A stretch of 63,945 nt of DNA, taken from the NCBI RefSeq assembly GCF_004010195.1, contig NC_057711.1, positions 72,327,191-72,391,135 on the forward strand, written 5' to 3'. Positions 13,798 through 25,119 of the stretch are shown piece after piece. Below the pieces are notes generated by a model. The model saw only the letters and a list, made by a program, of their open reading frames with translations. It had not been told where the DNA came from and searched no databases. This DNA is from Chiloscyllium plagiosum (Eukaryota). The first letter of the stretch is position 1. The number at the start of each line of letters is the position of its first letter. Made by a program: the position numbers and the translations under genes.

Positions 13798-14842
13798 GTA
13801 GTGATCGTAACAAGGTCAGCCAAGTGGACTTCATAGAATACAAGTTTCCTGATTGGGGCAGTTAATCTGGTCCAGTCAGGGAACTCTGGCTGATAGATAT
13901 AAACAGGAATATTCCTTGTGTCTCTCACTGTCTCTAACGCCTGCACACACACACACCATGGGTGCTGGGGAAAAAATAAGCACTACCGCAGTTAGGCGGT
14001 AGTGTGGGGGTTTTAAAAAAAAATAAAGTAAACAGGAGTCTCAGCATTGCCCTTTTGTGAAGGGCACTGCTTGTCACTGACCACTTGGGTGAGAAAAAAA
14101 TAAAATAAAAAAAAATTAAAAAAAGAAACAGGAGTATTCTTTGTGTCTCTCACTGTGTCTCACACCTGCACACACACAACATGGGTGCTGGGGAAAAAAT
14201 AAGCACTACTGCAGTTAGGCGGTAGTGTGGGGGTTAAATAAATAAAAAAAAGAAAAAAATAACCAGGAGTTGTTTTGTGTAGGGCACTGCTTGTCACAGG
14301 CCACTCGGGTGTTTTCTTTTTGAGAGCTGGATCAGTGTGAGTGTGTGAAAAAAAAAACAGGAGTATTCCTTGTGTCTCTCACTGTGTCTCACACCTGCAC
14401 ACACATAACATGGGTGCTGGGGAAAAAATAAGCACTGCCGCAGTTCGGCGGTAGTGTGGGGGTTATAAAAAAGAAAAAAAAAATTAACAAGGGCCTTCCC
14501 CTCCAATTCTATTTTGATTTAGTCCCTGCCCTCCCCTTCACTGTTTGATCACACAGCATTGCCCTTTGTGAAAAAAAAATAAACAGGAGTATTCCTTGTG
14601 TCTCTCACTGTGTCTCACATGGGTGCTGGGGAAAAAATAAGCACTACCGCAGTTAGGTGGTAGTGTGGGGGTAATAGGAAAATAAATTTTAAGAATAAAT
14701 AAACAGGAGTATTAGAAGTCCGTTCACTGTGAGAGTTGGCTCTGAGGGAACTGAATCAGTGTCAAGGATGCTCCACATGTAAATAAAGGGTGAGTTGGTG
14801 ATGGGATACTGACCTCTGTGGAGTTATTTCCGGAGTTATTCA
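13798..14842 (+). mobile_element. Solo LTR-like element interrupted by a repeat array
   Basis: Begins tgtagtg, has a TATA-like gatataaa at ~13896, aataaa at ~14782 and ends ttatt(t)ca; the halves rejoin at aaacagga(a/g)tatt. Confidence 0.6.
13901..14713 (+). repeat. Mosaic array of four LINE (probably Tx1-like) 3' ends with A-rich tails and 3' UTR scraps
   Basis: Four copies of ccttgtgtctctcactgt...catgggtgctggggaaaaaataagcactaccgcagttaggcggtagtgtgggg plus an A-rich tail, separated by aaacaggagt. Confidence 0.85.
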
Positions 14843-15388
14843 TTAATGCTAGCTCAACAAAAGACCAGCATTGTCGTACCTTTTTAGCATTGGGAAACTG
14901 ATTTCATTTTGTCTGTCACTTGAGGGGCTGGTGAGCAAACTTTAAAAGGTTAGATTTGGTGGCCAGTCAACATAAATTTTAAAATATCCAAAGAAATACA
15001 TTGATCATTTGAACAAATGAGTGATAGATAAAAATTTCCATTTCAAAGTTCCGAGCAGCAGAATTGATCATGAAAGACATTTTCTTTTTTGCTTTTTTGA
15101 TTAAGAAGTGGAACAAAAAAGAGATAGACTATGTTCTGAACTCTGTGCTCGGGGCCAAGCTACGGAGCTGGATTTAAGTAACACTGACCTTGTTTTTATC
15201 TCTAACGGCGAACATTCCAAAATAGCTTTGGCAACGAAAGCTAGAGTCATAGAGATGTACAGCATGGAAACAGACCCTTCAGTCTGGGTTTCCTCCTCTC
15301 CCTGTGACCAGTTATCAATGGCTTCTACCTGCTGACAACTGTGTGATTGGCTCCCAGGTGGCTGAAGGATTGCTGCACTTTTAAAAGC

Positions 15389-15597
15389 AAAGTTAAAAAT
15401 CACAAAACACCAGGTTATAGTCCAACAGGTTTATTTGGATGCACTAACTTTCAGAGTGCTGTCTCTTCACCAGTTGGTTGTGAAGAGGCAGCACCTCAAA
15501 AGCTAGTGCTTCCAAATAAACTGTTGGACTATAACCTGGTGTTGTCGGATCTTGAACTTTGTCCATGCTAGTCCAACACTGGCACCTCCAAATAATG
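15389..15597 (+). mobile_element. Short fold-back PLE-type element (family B)
   Basis: Inverted arms; 14-bp direct repeat acttttaaaagcaa at 15377-15390 and 15598-15611. Confidence 0.85.
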
Positions 15598-15768
15598 ACT
15601 TTTAAAAGCAAGTTACCTGATGTTCATTGTAAGTTATTTACACAGCTGTTGGGATGTTGGGGAGAATGGGGTTTAGATTATAGTGGTGCTGGAAAAGCAC
15701 AGCAGGTCAAGCTGCATTTGAGGAGCAAAAAAATCGACATTTCCGGCAAAAGCCCTTCATCAGGATTC

Positions 15769-15796
15769 CTGATGAAGGGCTTTTGTCCGAAACGTT
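15769..15796 (+). ncRNA. Minimal hammerhead ribozyme core (PLE type), predicted
   Basis: CTGATGA-A-GGGC-TTTT-GTCC-GAAA-CGTT; stem II has one G-U pair; palindromic ACGT; GUU triplet; stem I only ~2 bp. Confidence 0.7.
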
Positions 15797-16987
15797 GATT
15801 TTCCTGCTCCTCGGATGCTGCCTGACCTGCTGTGCTTTTCCAGCACCACTCTGATCTAAACTCTGGTTTCCAGCATCTGCAGTCCTCACTTTTGCCTAGT
15901 TGATATTAACCTTACAGCAAATCTTCTTGCAAGGATGCCTACCTTGAAGGAGTTCTCCCCCTCTCTCCACAAGAATCTCAGTGAGTCTCTCTCTCACTGC
16001 AATCCCCAGGTCATCTCCTCGGCCCTGAAGCTCTTCAACCATGCACTGAAACAGACTCACTACCGCAGCCACATTTGCTTCCTCAGTGCCTGCTTCTGTA
16101 ACCAACTGGACTCCAGACTACATTCAACCCAGCACAGTTCAGAACCGAACAGGACAACCAGTTCAGACTACAGATTCAAAACCATCAGAAACAGTTCTCC
16201 TTCGGGATCCTCCACTCCACACTGGCCATGCGCTGGCACCTGACCTCTCTACAGTCAGCCCTGCCTCAGCTGAGGGCCACACTCTCTCAGAATTGCAAAA
16301 GACCCCTTCTGTACTATATTCCAAGAAGAATTCATACTCTCAACAAACAGTATTTCAACACCATCTCAAACATCAAAAACTGTAAGTACAACAAACTTTT
16401 ATACACCACCTCCATAACCAGCTCTCCTCAAGCATTCCAGAAGATTCCCCCGGCCTCTGGAACTGCTCGGATGCCATTAGCCATGTGGCTGGTACAGCTA
16501 CCATCCCCACAGCGATTGATGACATCACTTCCACCCCCATCACAGCCACTTCCACCCTTCACGATTCCTCATGTACCACAGGTGACATCACCTCTGCTGA
16601 TGTCACACGTTCAGTGACTTCCGCCCCCTCTACTGTTGTGTTCGCCACCACTTCCATCCCCACCAATGCCACTCACCTGCATTCTGCCGACACGCCCCCC
16701 ACAGGTCCCACTGTCACCATCCCTGCGCCCCAGAACTCTGAGGGGAACACCACCCCTGTTCATGACTCCACCCCATTCCCTCCACCACCATACCCACTCC
16801 AGTTACATGCTCCAGCCCCACGTCCAGCTCCACACCTACACCAGGTCCTAGCTCCCAGCCCTGCTGGGTTTTCACCATCCCCCTAGACATTCCCCTCACT
16901 GAGGACGAATGATCAGTCCTCAGCAAAGGCCTTTATCTTTATCCCCCTCTGTCCACGCATCAATGATTTAATGCGCATTGTGGATTC

Positions 16988-17015
16988 CTGATGAAGGGCT
17001 TTTGCCCGAAACGTC
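16988..17015 (+). ncRNA. Minimal hammerhead ribozyme core (PLE type), predicted
   Basis: CTGATGA-A-GGGC-TTTT-GCCC-GAAA-CGTC; perfect stem II, GUC triplet; stem I weak. Confidence 0.7.
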
Positions 17016-17387
17016 AATTTTCCTGCTCCTCGGATGCTGCCTGACCTGCTGTGCTTTTCTAGCACCACTCTGATGTAAACTTTGGTTTCCAGCATCTGCA
17101 GTCCCCACTTTTGCTGCATTGGGGGGAATGTCTAATCAAAAACAAGTTGGAGCCAGGAGGCTGTGTAGCAAGTAGCTGATAGGTTATCAATGACCAATCT
17201 GCCTGTCAACAGCTAAGTGATTCGCTCCCAGGCAGGGAGTACAGCTTGGGCCTGTGAATGTTCTGGTGCAGAACTTTTGGAGGGGAAGGACCTGTTCTTG
17301 ATTGTAGTAAAAACATCTCAAGGCTGTAGACAGCCAGTTTGTTTACCCACATCATTTACTATAAGCTATGATTTTTATAACATTTTT

Positions 17388-17700
17388 AAATTCATTCATG
17401 GGATGAGGGCATCACTGGGTAGGTCAGCAATTATTGCCCATCCTAGTTCAGAGTTAACCATATTGCTGTGTATCTGGAGTCACATATAGACCAGAATAAT
17501 AAGGATTGCAGTTCCTTTCCCTAAAGGACATGGGTTTCTTTGACAATCGATTCTTGGTCATGAGTGCTCTTAATTCCTGATATTTATCAAATTCAAATGC
17601 CACCAAATGCATGGTGGGATACAAGACTGGGTCCCTAGACCATTACCTGGGTCTCTGAATTAATAGTTCAGCGATTATACCATTCAGCCATTGCCTCCCT
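17388..17700 (-). mobile_element. Deu-domain SINE (SacSINE1-like)
   Basis: Reverse complement of 50161-50500: ttcattcatgggatgagggc...ccctaaaggaca...aattcaaatgccacc...ccattgcctccc. Confidence 0.8.
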
Positions 17701-19169
17701 GAGTCAGAGGCCTTCATAATTGTAAACCTGACAAACTGTGCCTCTTGCAAGCAGCAAACAAGTGAAAGCATCTGCAAAAGCAAGGTCAGGAAATAGGGTT
17801 TTGATCAACAAAAGGATAATTTCAACAAACCTTGTGGACAGGGATCACTGAACTGCTTTCCTAATCTTTCCCTCTGCCCATAACATTCATGTTTTTAATA
17901 TATGTCTGTGGCTGTCTGTCTGTGTCTATGTAGGGGGAGTTTTATCAGTGAGTTATACTTAAAACTAAATTTCTGGTGTGCTATGCCAGTGAGGCAAAAC
18001 GTTATCATGTATTTCAAATGTTAATTTACAGAGGAAAATGCAAATGATACACTAGATGTTCAGCAGCTGTAGCATGAATAAGGGAACTGGGTTCACCAAA
18101 AATAGTTTTTGATGTGAATTATCACAGAGAGAAAATAATCTGAGATCATGACTTTCCATCTGGTGTGGAAGCAAAACAAAATCTATCAAACCCATTCGCT
18201 CCTTCACAGACAGTAATATCCAGTTGACACTGAATATTGACAGAGGCCTGGGAGCATATCGATGCTTTCCCTTTCAGTCAGGAAACTGTGCAGGGAGGCA
18301 TGAAAGGGAGGTGAAAAAAACCCTCAAATTATTAATCAAATTCATCATTGCTGGGAGTTATTACAAGGTAATAATATTATTGAGAAATTCAGCTAATTTG
18401 ACAAAGCATGAAGCTTGAATCGATTATATTTGTCACTCAGCCAATTACAATATTGGAATTACTCCAGGAATATTTGTAATTTTCATAATGGAACTCATGA
18501 GGAGAAAACATTAGTTCTTCCGAGGATTGTTTTATTTTGTTCCAATGCAGCTGCCCAATTTTATGATAATGATCATTATATTGAAATTATTAATGTGTTC
18601 TGGCTTTCCCGTGAATAATTGTGGATGTAATTATACAGTTTCTCAATCATAATGAATGGGGAAAAGCAGGAAAGAGCACCATTCTGCAATGCTTAGCAAC
18701 AAATAAAACAACCCATTTCTTCCATTACGTTGACACCCAAAGGATCAAAGTCATCCAGGCTCTGTCCATTACAATAGTCCATCTTATGATGATGATTTGG
18801 CTAATACAATGTTGGGATTGGTTGGACGGTCACCAACTTTTCTATTTCTAGGCCAGCTTTATCAACGTGTAATAAATTCTACACGTTGAACTCAAAACAA
18901 ATTAATGGAGGGATAAAAGGATTGTTTTGATGCTTGAATTAATATGAATAGATTGACTTTTCTTATCCTTGATATTTATAACCTTAGGACTGATGCATTT
19001 TAAACATTGCTAATAGGAGATTAGAAGTTGAAGCTATTCATCTTACATTCAATAGACTGAGAACATAAGAAGCGGACCTGAAAAAAGAGGGTGTGGAATG
19101 GTTGGCATAATTGGCATGGAGAAGCAACAAGAACAGCTTTCAATCTTAATTCTCTGCCCAGGAGGGGGG

Positions 19170-19560
19170 ACAGGGCATTGCCATAGACATTCATCAGAGC
19201 TTGTCTGTCTTCACGATTCCCTTTTTTTGAGAAAGGTATGCACAAATTATTTTTGCCTGTGTAAAACAGAGTGCTGAGTATTTGTAGATGAAGCTTCCAG
19301 CATGTACAAATGCAGAACCTTATGGGCTCAGCTAATAATCTGAAATTGGTTTCTGGTGTAACTCTCAGGTCCAGATTATTTAGTAATTGATTTCCAATAG
19401 CCGAATCATTGCTAATGCTGGATAAACCTTTCAGAGCTTGCAAGCACAGGCTGCTTGAGCACAATTGGCACGTTGCCCACTGTGAATGGTCAACAGGATG
19501 TGTTCTGTGATACAGTTTGATACCAGCCCTACAGTTCTGGCATCCCACCAGCATTAAATT
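19170..19560 (-). mobile_element. Old Penelope-like GIY-YIG C-terminal fragment (separate lineage)
   Basis: Frameshifted DSAIGNQLLNN...NQFQIIS*AHKVLHLYMLEA resembles the SAI.QHL...F.I....L..LEA end of PLE endonucleases. Confidence 0.6.
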
Positions 19561-19937
19561 CATCGATCATATTATTCATCTTTGTGTTAGGCAAAGCATC
19601 TTTTTGGTCTATTGGCAACATCCTGTTCATGGAGAAAAACGCTTTGTGGGTTTATTGCATATTAGTAACATGAGACAGATAGTTTCTCTTGCTGTTCAAA
19701 TTTTCGAGACACCTTCAAATTCCCTTAGTTCTGATGAATGCAAGATAAAAAACTTACACATCTAGTTTCCTTTTAGCAGTGTTTAAGTTCTGTGTTACCA
19801 AGCTTTTATTGATACATTTTAATGATTGCAGCATCAAGAGTTGAGAGAAATGGAAGTTATTCTGGTGAGATATTTTTGGCTTTACCATTAAACTAATGAC
19901 TCACATCGCTATTCTTTTCTTTCACCCTCCTTTAACC

Positions 19938-20116
19938 TTGACTTGGAGGAGCTGGTATCGGACTGGGGTGGACAAAGTTAAAAATCACACAACGCTAGGT
20001 TATTGTCCAACAGGTTTATTCGGAAGCACTAGCTTTCGAGGCATTGCTCCTTCATCAGGTTGAAAACTAGTGCTTCCAAATAAACCTGTTGGACTATAAG
20101 GGCTGGTGTTGTGTCC
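19938..20116 (-). mobile_element. Short fold-back PLE-type element (family B) with a minus-strand HHR core at 20030-20058
   Basis: Minus strand reads CTGATGA-A-GGAGC-AAT-GCCTC-GAAA-GCTA-GTG; inverted arms. Confidence 0.82.
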
Positions 20117-20728
20117 TTTCAGCCTAATCGTGTTAACTCCTTTGTGGAATATGGTTTCAGAGGATTGAGCACTCTCTGGTCTGTTACTGAAATATTTATT
20201 ATCCATATGTAAACTCAGTCAGTGGACTTCAGTCCAGGTGGGGAGTGGGTTTGGGGGTAGCTGCGGAGTCGTAGCCATCTTCTAAATCTGTCTTCAGCCA
20301 ACATTAATGCACATATACTTTCCAGAGTGGTCATCTGATAGCAATCTACCTTTTCTCCTCCTTAATTTAGGTGCATAGAGGCCAATTGTAACATTACTGC
20401 GGTCACCTCTACTATCAACTTTGCTGCGGTCAACTGATTCAGTCAAAACTGGGCATCAAACTTCTGACCTTTTCGTCTGTGTTGTTTAATGTTACACTAA
20501 CACATTCCATTAATTTCAAAGTCGCTAAGGCACTTTTTATCGTGTAAAGTGAAAGAGGCCTGGAAAATCATTCAACTGTGAGATTCTTATTGCGTTAAGC
20601 TCTTGATTTTTCCCAGAAAGATTTGCCATCAGAGTGGTCTTTCTTTGCAGTTTATTTTTCTATTAGCCAAGTACCCTCCTGACTTAACATCCATCTAAAT
20701 TACATTTTTAATAAAACAACACTCAATG

Positions 20729-21166
20729 CTGTGGTTCTGTTCGCCGAACTGGAAGTTTTTGTTGCAAACGTTTCGTCCCCTGGCTAGGCGACAACATCAG
20801 TGCTTGGGAGCCTCCTGCGAAGCGCTTCTTTGATGTTTCCTCCGGTGTTTATAGTGGTCTGTCCCTGCCGCTTCCGGTTGTCAGTTTCAGCTGTCCGCTG
20901 TAGGAATTCGACTGGGACAACACTACTATCATAGGGCAAGCCAGACAGAACAGCCAGGGAATTCCTAGAGGCATGGCATTCATCCACAAACCCGACCAAT
21001 CAACACGTTATAAGTATTTAGCTTAAAGAAGTGCTTCGCAGGAGGCTCCCAAGCACTGATGATGTCGCCTAGCCAGGGGACGAAACGTTTGCTACAAAAA
21101 CTTCCAGCTCGGCGAACAGAACCACAACAACGAGCACCCGAGCTACAAATCTTCGCACAAACTTTG
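20729..21166 (+). mobile_element. Truncated Penelope-like element with inverted terminal repeat (family C)
   Basis: Inverted repeats 20731-20830 and ~21025-21125; internal FDWDNTTIIGQARQ..REFLEAWHS endonuclease scrap; 14-bp TSD aacaacactcaatg at 20715-20728 and 21167-21180. Confidence 0.9.
21052..21093 (+). ncRNA. Minimal type I hammerhead ribozyme, predicted
   Basis: AGCA-CTGATGA-T-GTCGCC-TAGCCA-GGGGAC-GAAA-CGTT-TGCT; 4-bp stem I, 5/6-bp stem II, ACGT palindrome. Confidence 0.75.
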
Positions 21167-23206
21167 AACAACACTCAATGTTGGTGACTTTGTTGATGTA
21201 AATAGTTGAGGAAATTATCATAAATCCTTCCCTTTTGAACTATGTTCTTTGGATTCATCCAAAATGCTTCATGTCTGTTTTCATACCTTGGCAAAATTAA
21301 GATTCCATATGTCCATCTCACCAAGTATCTTGATTTTCAGAATAATAATTAGTTGATCAAGAGGAAATAGCTGAGGAAATTGCCAATAGTGCTCATAATA
21401 AGTTGTTCCTGGTCTTTCCCTAACAAAGAATTTCTGTCGTTCAATGATATTGCACATAATCCTATTACATATGTATACTTGTTTTTCTAATAGATATCAG
21501 CTTGCTGAAAAATTATTGCTTGCCAATTAGAGAATGTATTCTGCACTTTGTCAATACTCTGGTGGCAGTCTAATAAACTGCACACCTGTCATAGGATTAA
21601 TTACTCACCTAAAACATTATCATTTACCAGTTCTCCTGGGCCCAGAACCAAAAAGCAGTTGGTATGATTGATGACAGCCTGAGGCATTAAAGAGCCATGA
21701 TAAAACCAATTTTTAATTATATGAATTGAGTTTGTACTATCACGTTTGATTCAAAGATGACATTGATGCTGAAAATAATTTTTATCATTTTGGGAAAACT
21801 TATTTTTAAAAATGAATATTTTTAATAGTTCCATATCTCCAACAATATGGCAGTTGTAGATTGTCGAAAATCTTTCACAGCCTGCTGTGCGGACAACATT
21901 ATGGCTGCACAAACTGTTCATCTCCTCATTTCTCTGCCACTTATTTCACAAATCATCACCTTTGCCAATTCATGCTTTCAAGATATGAAATCAGAAAATT
22001 GAATTTTATTGCTCCTCTGTTATTGACTTGTATACTCACAGCTATTATGTCTAATCCCCATTATTCATGAGCTATATTGTCAGCACTGGAAAATTTCTAC
22101 AACATTGTTAATGTATTTTCTCTCTATATATTATGTTTCCAATATCTCTTGTCCCATCCCCCACTCTGCTGGTCTCTGCTTTCTCTAGTTCATTAAAGGC
22201 TGTCTACTTCTGAGCCGCAGGGTAATTAAGGCCGGAGCAAGGTTCTGTTTGATTGCCTGAAAGCTGATTCCACAAGTCTTACATTCCTCTGGGACCAAGA
22301 AAGCATGTTGAGAATATATGAATCCATGTGTTGCTGAGAACAGGGGAAATTGGTCACTGTTAAGGGAAAACACTTGCCTTGAAAACAGAAATTAGTAATG
22401 AGACCTCATAGTTCGTGCTATACAGTCAACCTTTTTGCTGTACAGTAAGTCCAAGGAAGAGACTGATAGTGAGCAACATTTCCTTTTTTATAAAGTATAT
22501 CTCAGATATAAAATTGAATATATTAAGCTAACTGTAAATAAAATTCTCATTCAACTCTCAAAAATCCATTTTTATTATCTGGAATGTGCTCAACTGTTAA
22601 TTAACTCTTTACAGATGTTGATATATGAAGCCTCTTAAAACCTCTCCAAAATTAGGGGTTGACTTTTGTGCTGACTGAGTATATACATGAATTGCCAGTG
22701 CGGGTAGTAGCCATTTTGAAATGCCATTGACATCTGACAGAAAGGGTGGATATATCTTAACATTCCTTACACCTTTGCAATACAGCCTGAATAATCTATC
22801 TGATCCATTGCCCATAGTTACAAAATACCATGGGTAAAATATATAATCGTTGGATGCAAAATTGTCTCTTGTTTAAGAGGAAGATACACTACCACCTCAA
22901 GAATCCTTTCAACAAGTTTATAGAATGGGTGCAGAGCCATACAAATCAGATTTGCTCAAAGTTTGATTCCTACTCAAAGACGAGCTAATTACTGTGATTA
23001 CAGAGTGCTGTGGCTGAATGGGGGGCTTTGACATACCTGCTGACCAAGCAAAAATCTTGTCTTTGTGGCTGCAAAAATGGAATTAGGTTATACAGAGAGC
23101 TGATCTATTTGTTGGATTTTATGGGAAAAAAAACTAAATTCTTCAATGGAAGTTTAGGTCATATTTTGATTTGATTTTTTTTTGACATATATTTTGTTAC
23201 AAAGTA

Positions 23207-23550
23207 CAGGTAGTCAACCTGTTATCTGAAATCCGAAAAGCTCCAGAGTCCAAAGGTCTTTTTGTGAAGTTCTTTTTCTCATTAACAAGGTTGTTTGGCT
23301 TGCAAACAGTTAACCCAAGTCCACACCCATTCGATGCGTACCACTCAGATATGATATGTGGGGGCATGGCCCAGCACTGGCAGGTCTCAATTTTGTTTCA
23401 GGGCCCATTTTACTCACAGTAAGTCTGCTCCTTCTGTAAGCTTTTTAAAAAAATTCAAAATCAAACTGTCACTTATTTTGAAATTTGAAAAATTCTGAAT
23501 TCCGAAAATCAGCTGGTCCCAAGCATTTCGGATAAAGAATTGTGCACTAG
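23207..23550. mobile_element. Tigger/pogo-like non-autonomous DNA transposon
   Basis: TA duplication at 23205-23206 and 23551-23552; degenerate TIRs (..ttatc(t/c)gaaat); right end resembles Tigger4-type ttatccgaaatgcttgggaccag. Confidence 0.75.
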
Positions 23551-23660
23551 TACAGTGAGAAGTGTTGCATAGCGTTACCACTCTTCAGTACCATTTTAAA
23601 ACACAGAAAAACAAACCAAAACATAGAATATAAAGGCAGAAATATAGAGAAATAAAGGAA

Positions 23661-24172
23661 GGTCTCCTCACTTGAGAAAGGATGTACTGACACAAGAGGG
23701 GGTGCAGCGAAGGTTCACTGGATTGATTCCGGAGTTGAGGGAGCTGGCTTATGAGGAGAGGCTGACAAGACTGGTATTATATCCATTGGAATTTATAAGA
23801 ATGGTGGGGAGGCATCTTACAGAAACATATAAAATTATGAAGGGGATAGACATAGAGAGGAAGTTTCTACTGGCTGGTGAAACTAGGACAAGACGGCATA
23901 GCCTCAAAATTAGGGGAACAGATTTACGACTGAATTGAGAAGGAATTTCTTCACCCAGAGGGCTGTGAATCTGTGGAATTCCCTGGCCAGTGAAGTGGTT
24001 GATGCTACTTCAGTAAATGTTTTTAAGGCTAAGATAGATATTATTTTGAACAATAAAGGAATTAAGGATTATGGTGAGAGGGTGGGTAAGTGGAGCTAAC
24101 GCCACAAAAGATACACCATGGTCTTATTGAATGGCGGACCAGGCTTGAAGGGCCAGGTGGCCTACTCCTTAT
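23661..24172 (+). mobile_element. CR1 LINE 3' fragment
   Basis: ORF 23672-23938 (RKDVLTQEGVQRRFTGLIPELRELAYEERL...ETYKIMKGID) plus CR1 tail. Confidence 0.92.
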
Positions 24173-25119
24173 GTAAATGTCCAACTTTACAGTCCTTCTT
24201 GTTAAGTGCTCTGTCATGGGCCTGGTGGCCAGGCACATGTCTCTTCGCCATGACACTGCCACTCGAAAGAAAGATGCCAGTCTTTGGTGCCGTCTCGCCT
24301 CTACTGACACCCTCACACTATGAGTCCTTGCTGGACCTTGCCAAAGCATACACCACCGACGCTGGGGACTGAACTTGACTCCGTCACTGTCATGGATCTA
24401 CTTCGGTCCCACCTCTCCGATGCAGCCCTTGCTGATGCCGCAAGGTCTTGTACTGGGTGCAAAGGTGCCTCTGCCACTAACTCCATGGGTCTGTCCTGGA
24501 CACAAATGCCGCTGGGAACCCAATTTCTCCTTTGCTGCAGCAACCATGAGGAGGTGCTAGGACCATCTCGTCATGCACCCAAATTGTGCCTGATGCCACT
24601 GCCAAATGCCTGCGATGAGTCTGCTTGCCAACCGTTGTGCTGTTACCACGAGCTCCTGAGCTCTTCAACAAGAGATAACTGAAATAAATGAGAAAAGAAA
24701 AAACAAAATGAGAAAAGAGAGAGAAAAAAAACAAAAAGAAGAAAAACTCAGAAGTCCTAGTCCACCGCCATCTTACCGGAAGGAGATTGTTTTCTCACCA
24801 AGTTATTTTTCCTTCTCTTTTTCCTTTGAAACATTCTCATCTTGGCAAAGTACAGCTTTTTGGCAGTTCCGAGGGGCAACTATTCATGTGTGAGCCACAA
24901 CAGTGAATGCAGATAATGATGAATATAGTAAGAGGCAAGAGTTAAGACTGGTTGTGTTCATCTCACCTGGCTTCCTTATATGTTTAAATTGCAACAGAAA
25001 TAATTAAATAGTAATTAGGTGTTCAAATTCTTGCTGATTTTCCATTCCTTACTCAGAAGCTTTGAGGCATTTTGAAAGCCTAAGCTGTGATCAGCTAACA
25101 CAGTACCACAACAAGACTA

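Larger units (their letters stand above)
15669..17118 (+). mobile_element. Internally deleted Penelope-like element: inverted pLTR + pLTR + ORF N-terminal remnant + pLTR
   Basis: Two direct ~130-bp repeats (from 15767 and 16986), one inverted copy (15671-15765), N-terminal peptides ending VFTIPLDIPLTEDE*SVLSKG; near-TSD ttgggg(a/g)gaatg at 15657-15668 and 17119-17130. Confidence 0.88.
23170..24782 (-). mobile_element. Non-coding Rex/Babar-like-ended retroelement split by a MITE and a CR1
   Basis: 5' end (minus) cttccggtaagatggcgg; the 3' end rejoins as cttctcactgtactttgtaacaaaatatatgtcaaaa once 23207-23552 is removed. Confidence 0.55.

Noticed and set aside
13901..14713. CRISPR-like repeat/spacer appearance
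   Set aside because: Vertebrate context, units over 100 bp with A-rich tails, spacers overlap one another in sequence, no cas genes
16485..16886. Mucin-like Thr/Pro-rich ORF
   Set aside because: Low-complexity linker within the Penelope N-terminal remnant, between pLTRs
19021..19563. 180-aa ORF as a host exon
   Set aside because: Only a short DSAIGNQLLNN stretch is meaningful and it belongs to a frameshifted Penelope endonuclease relic
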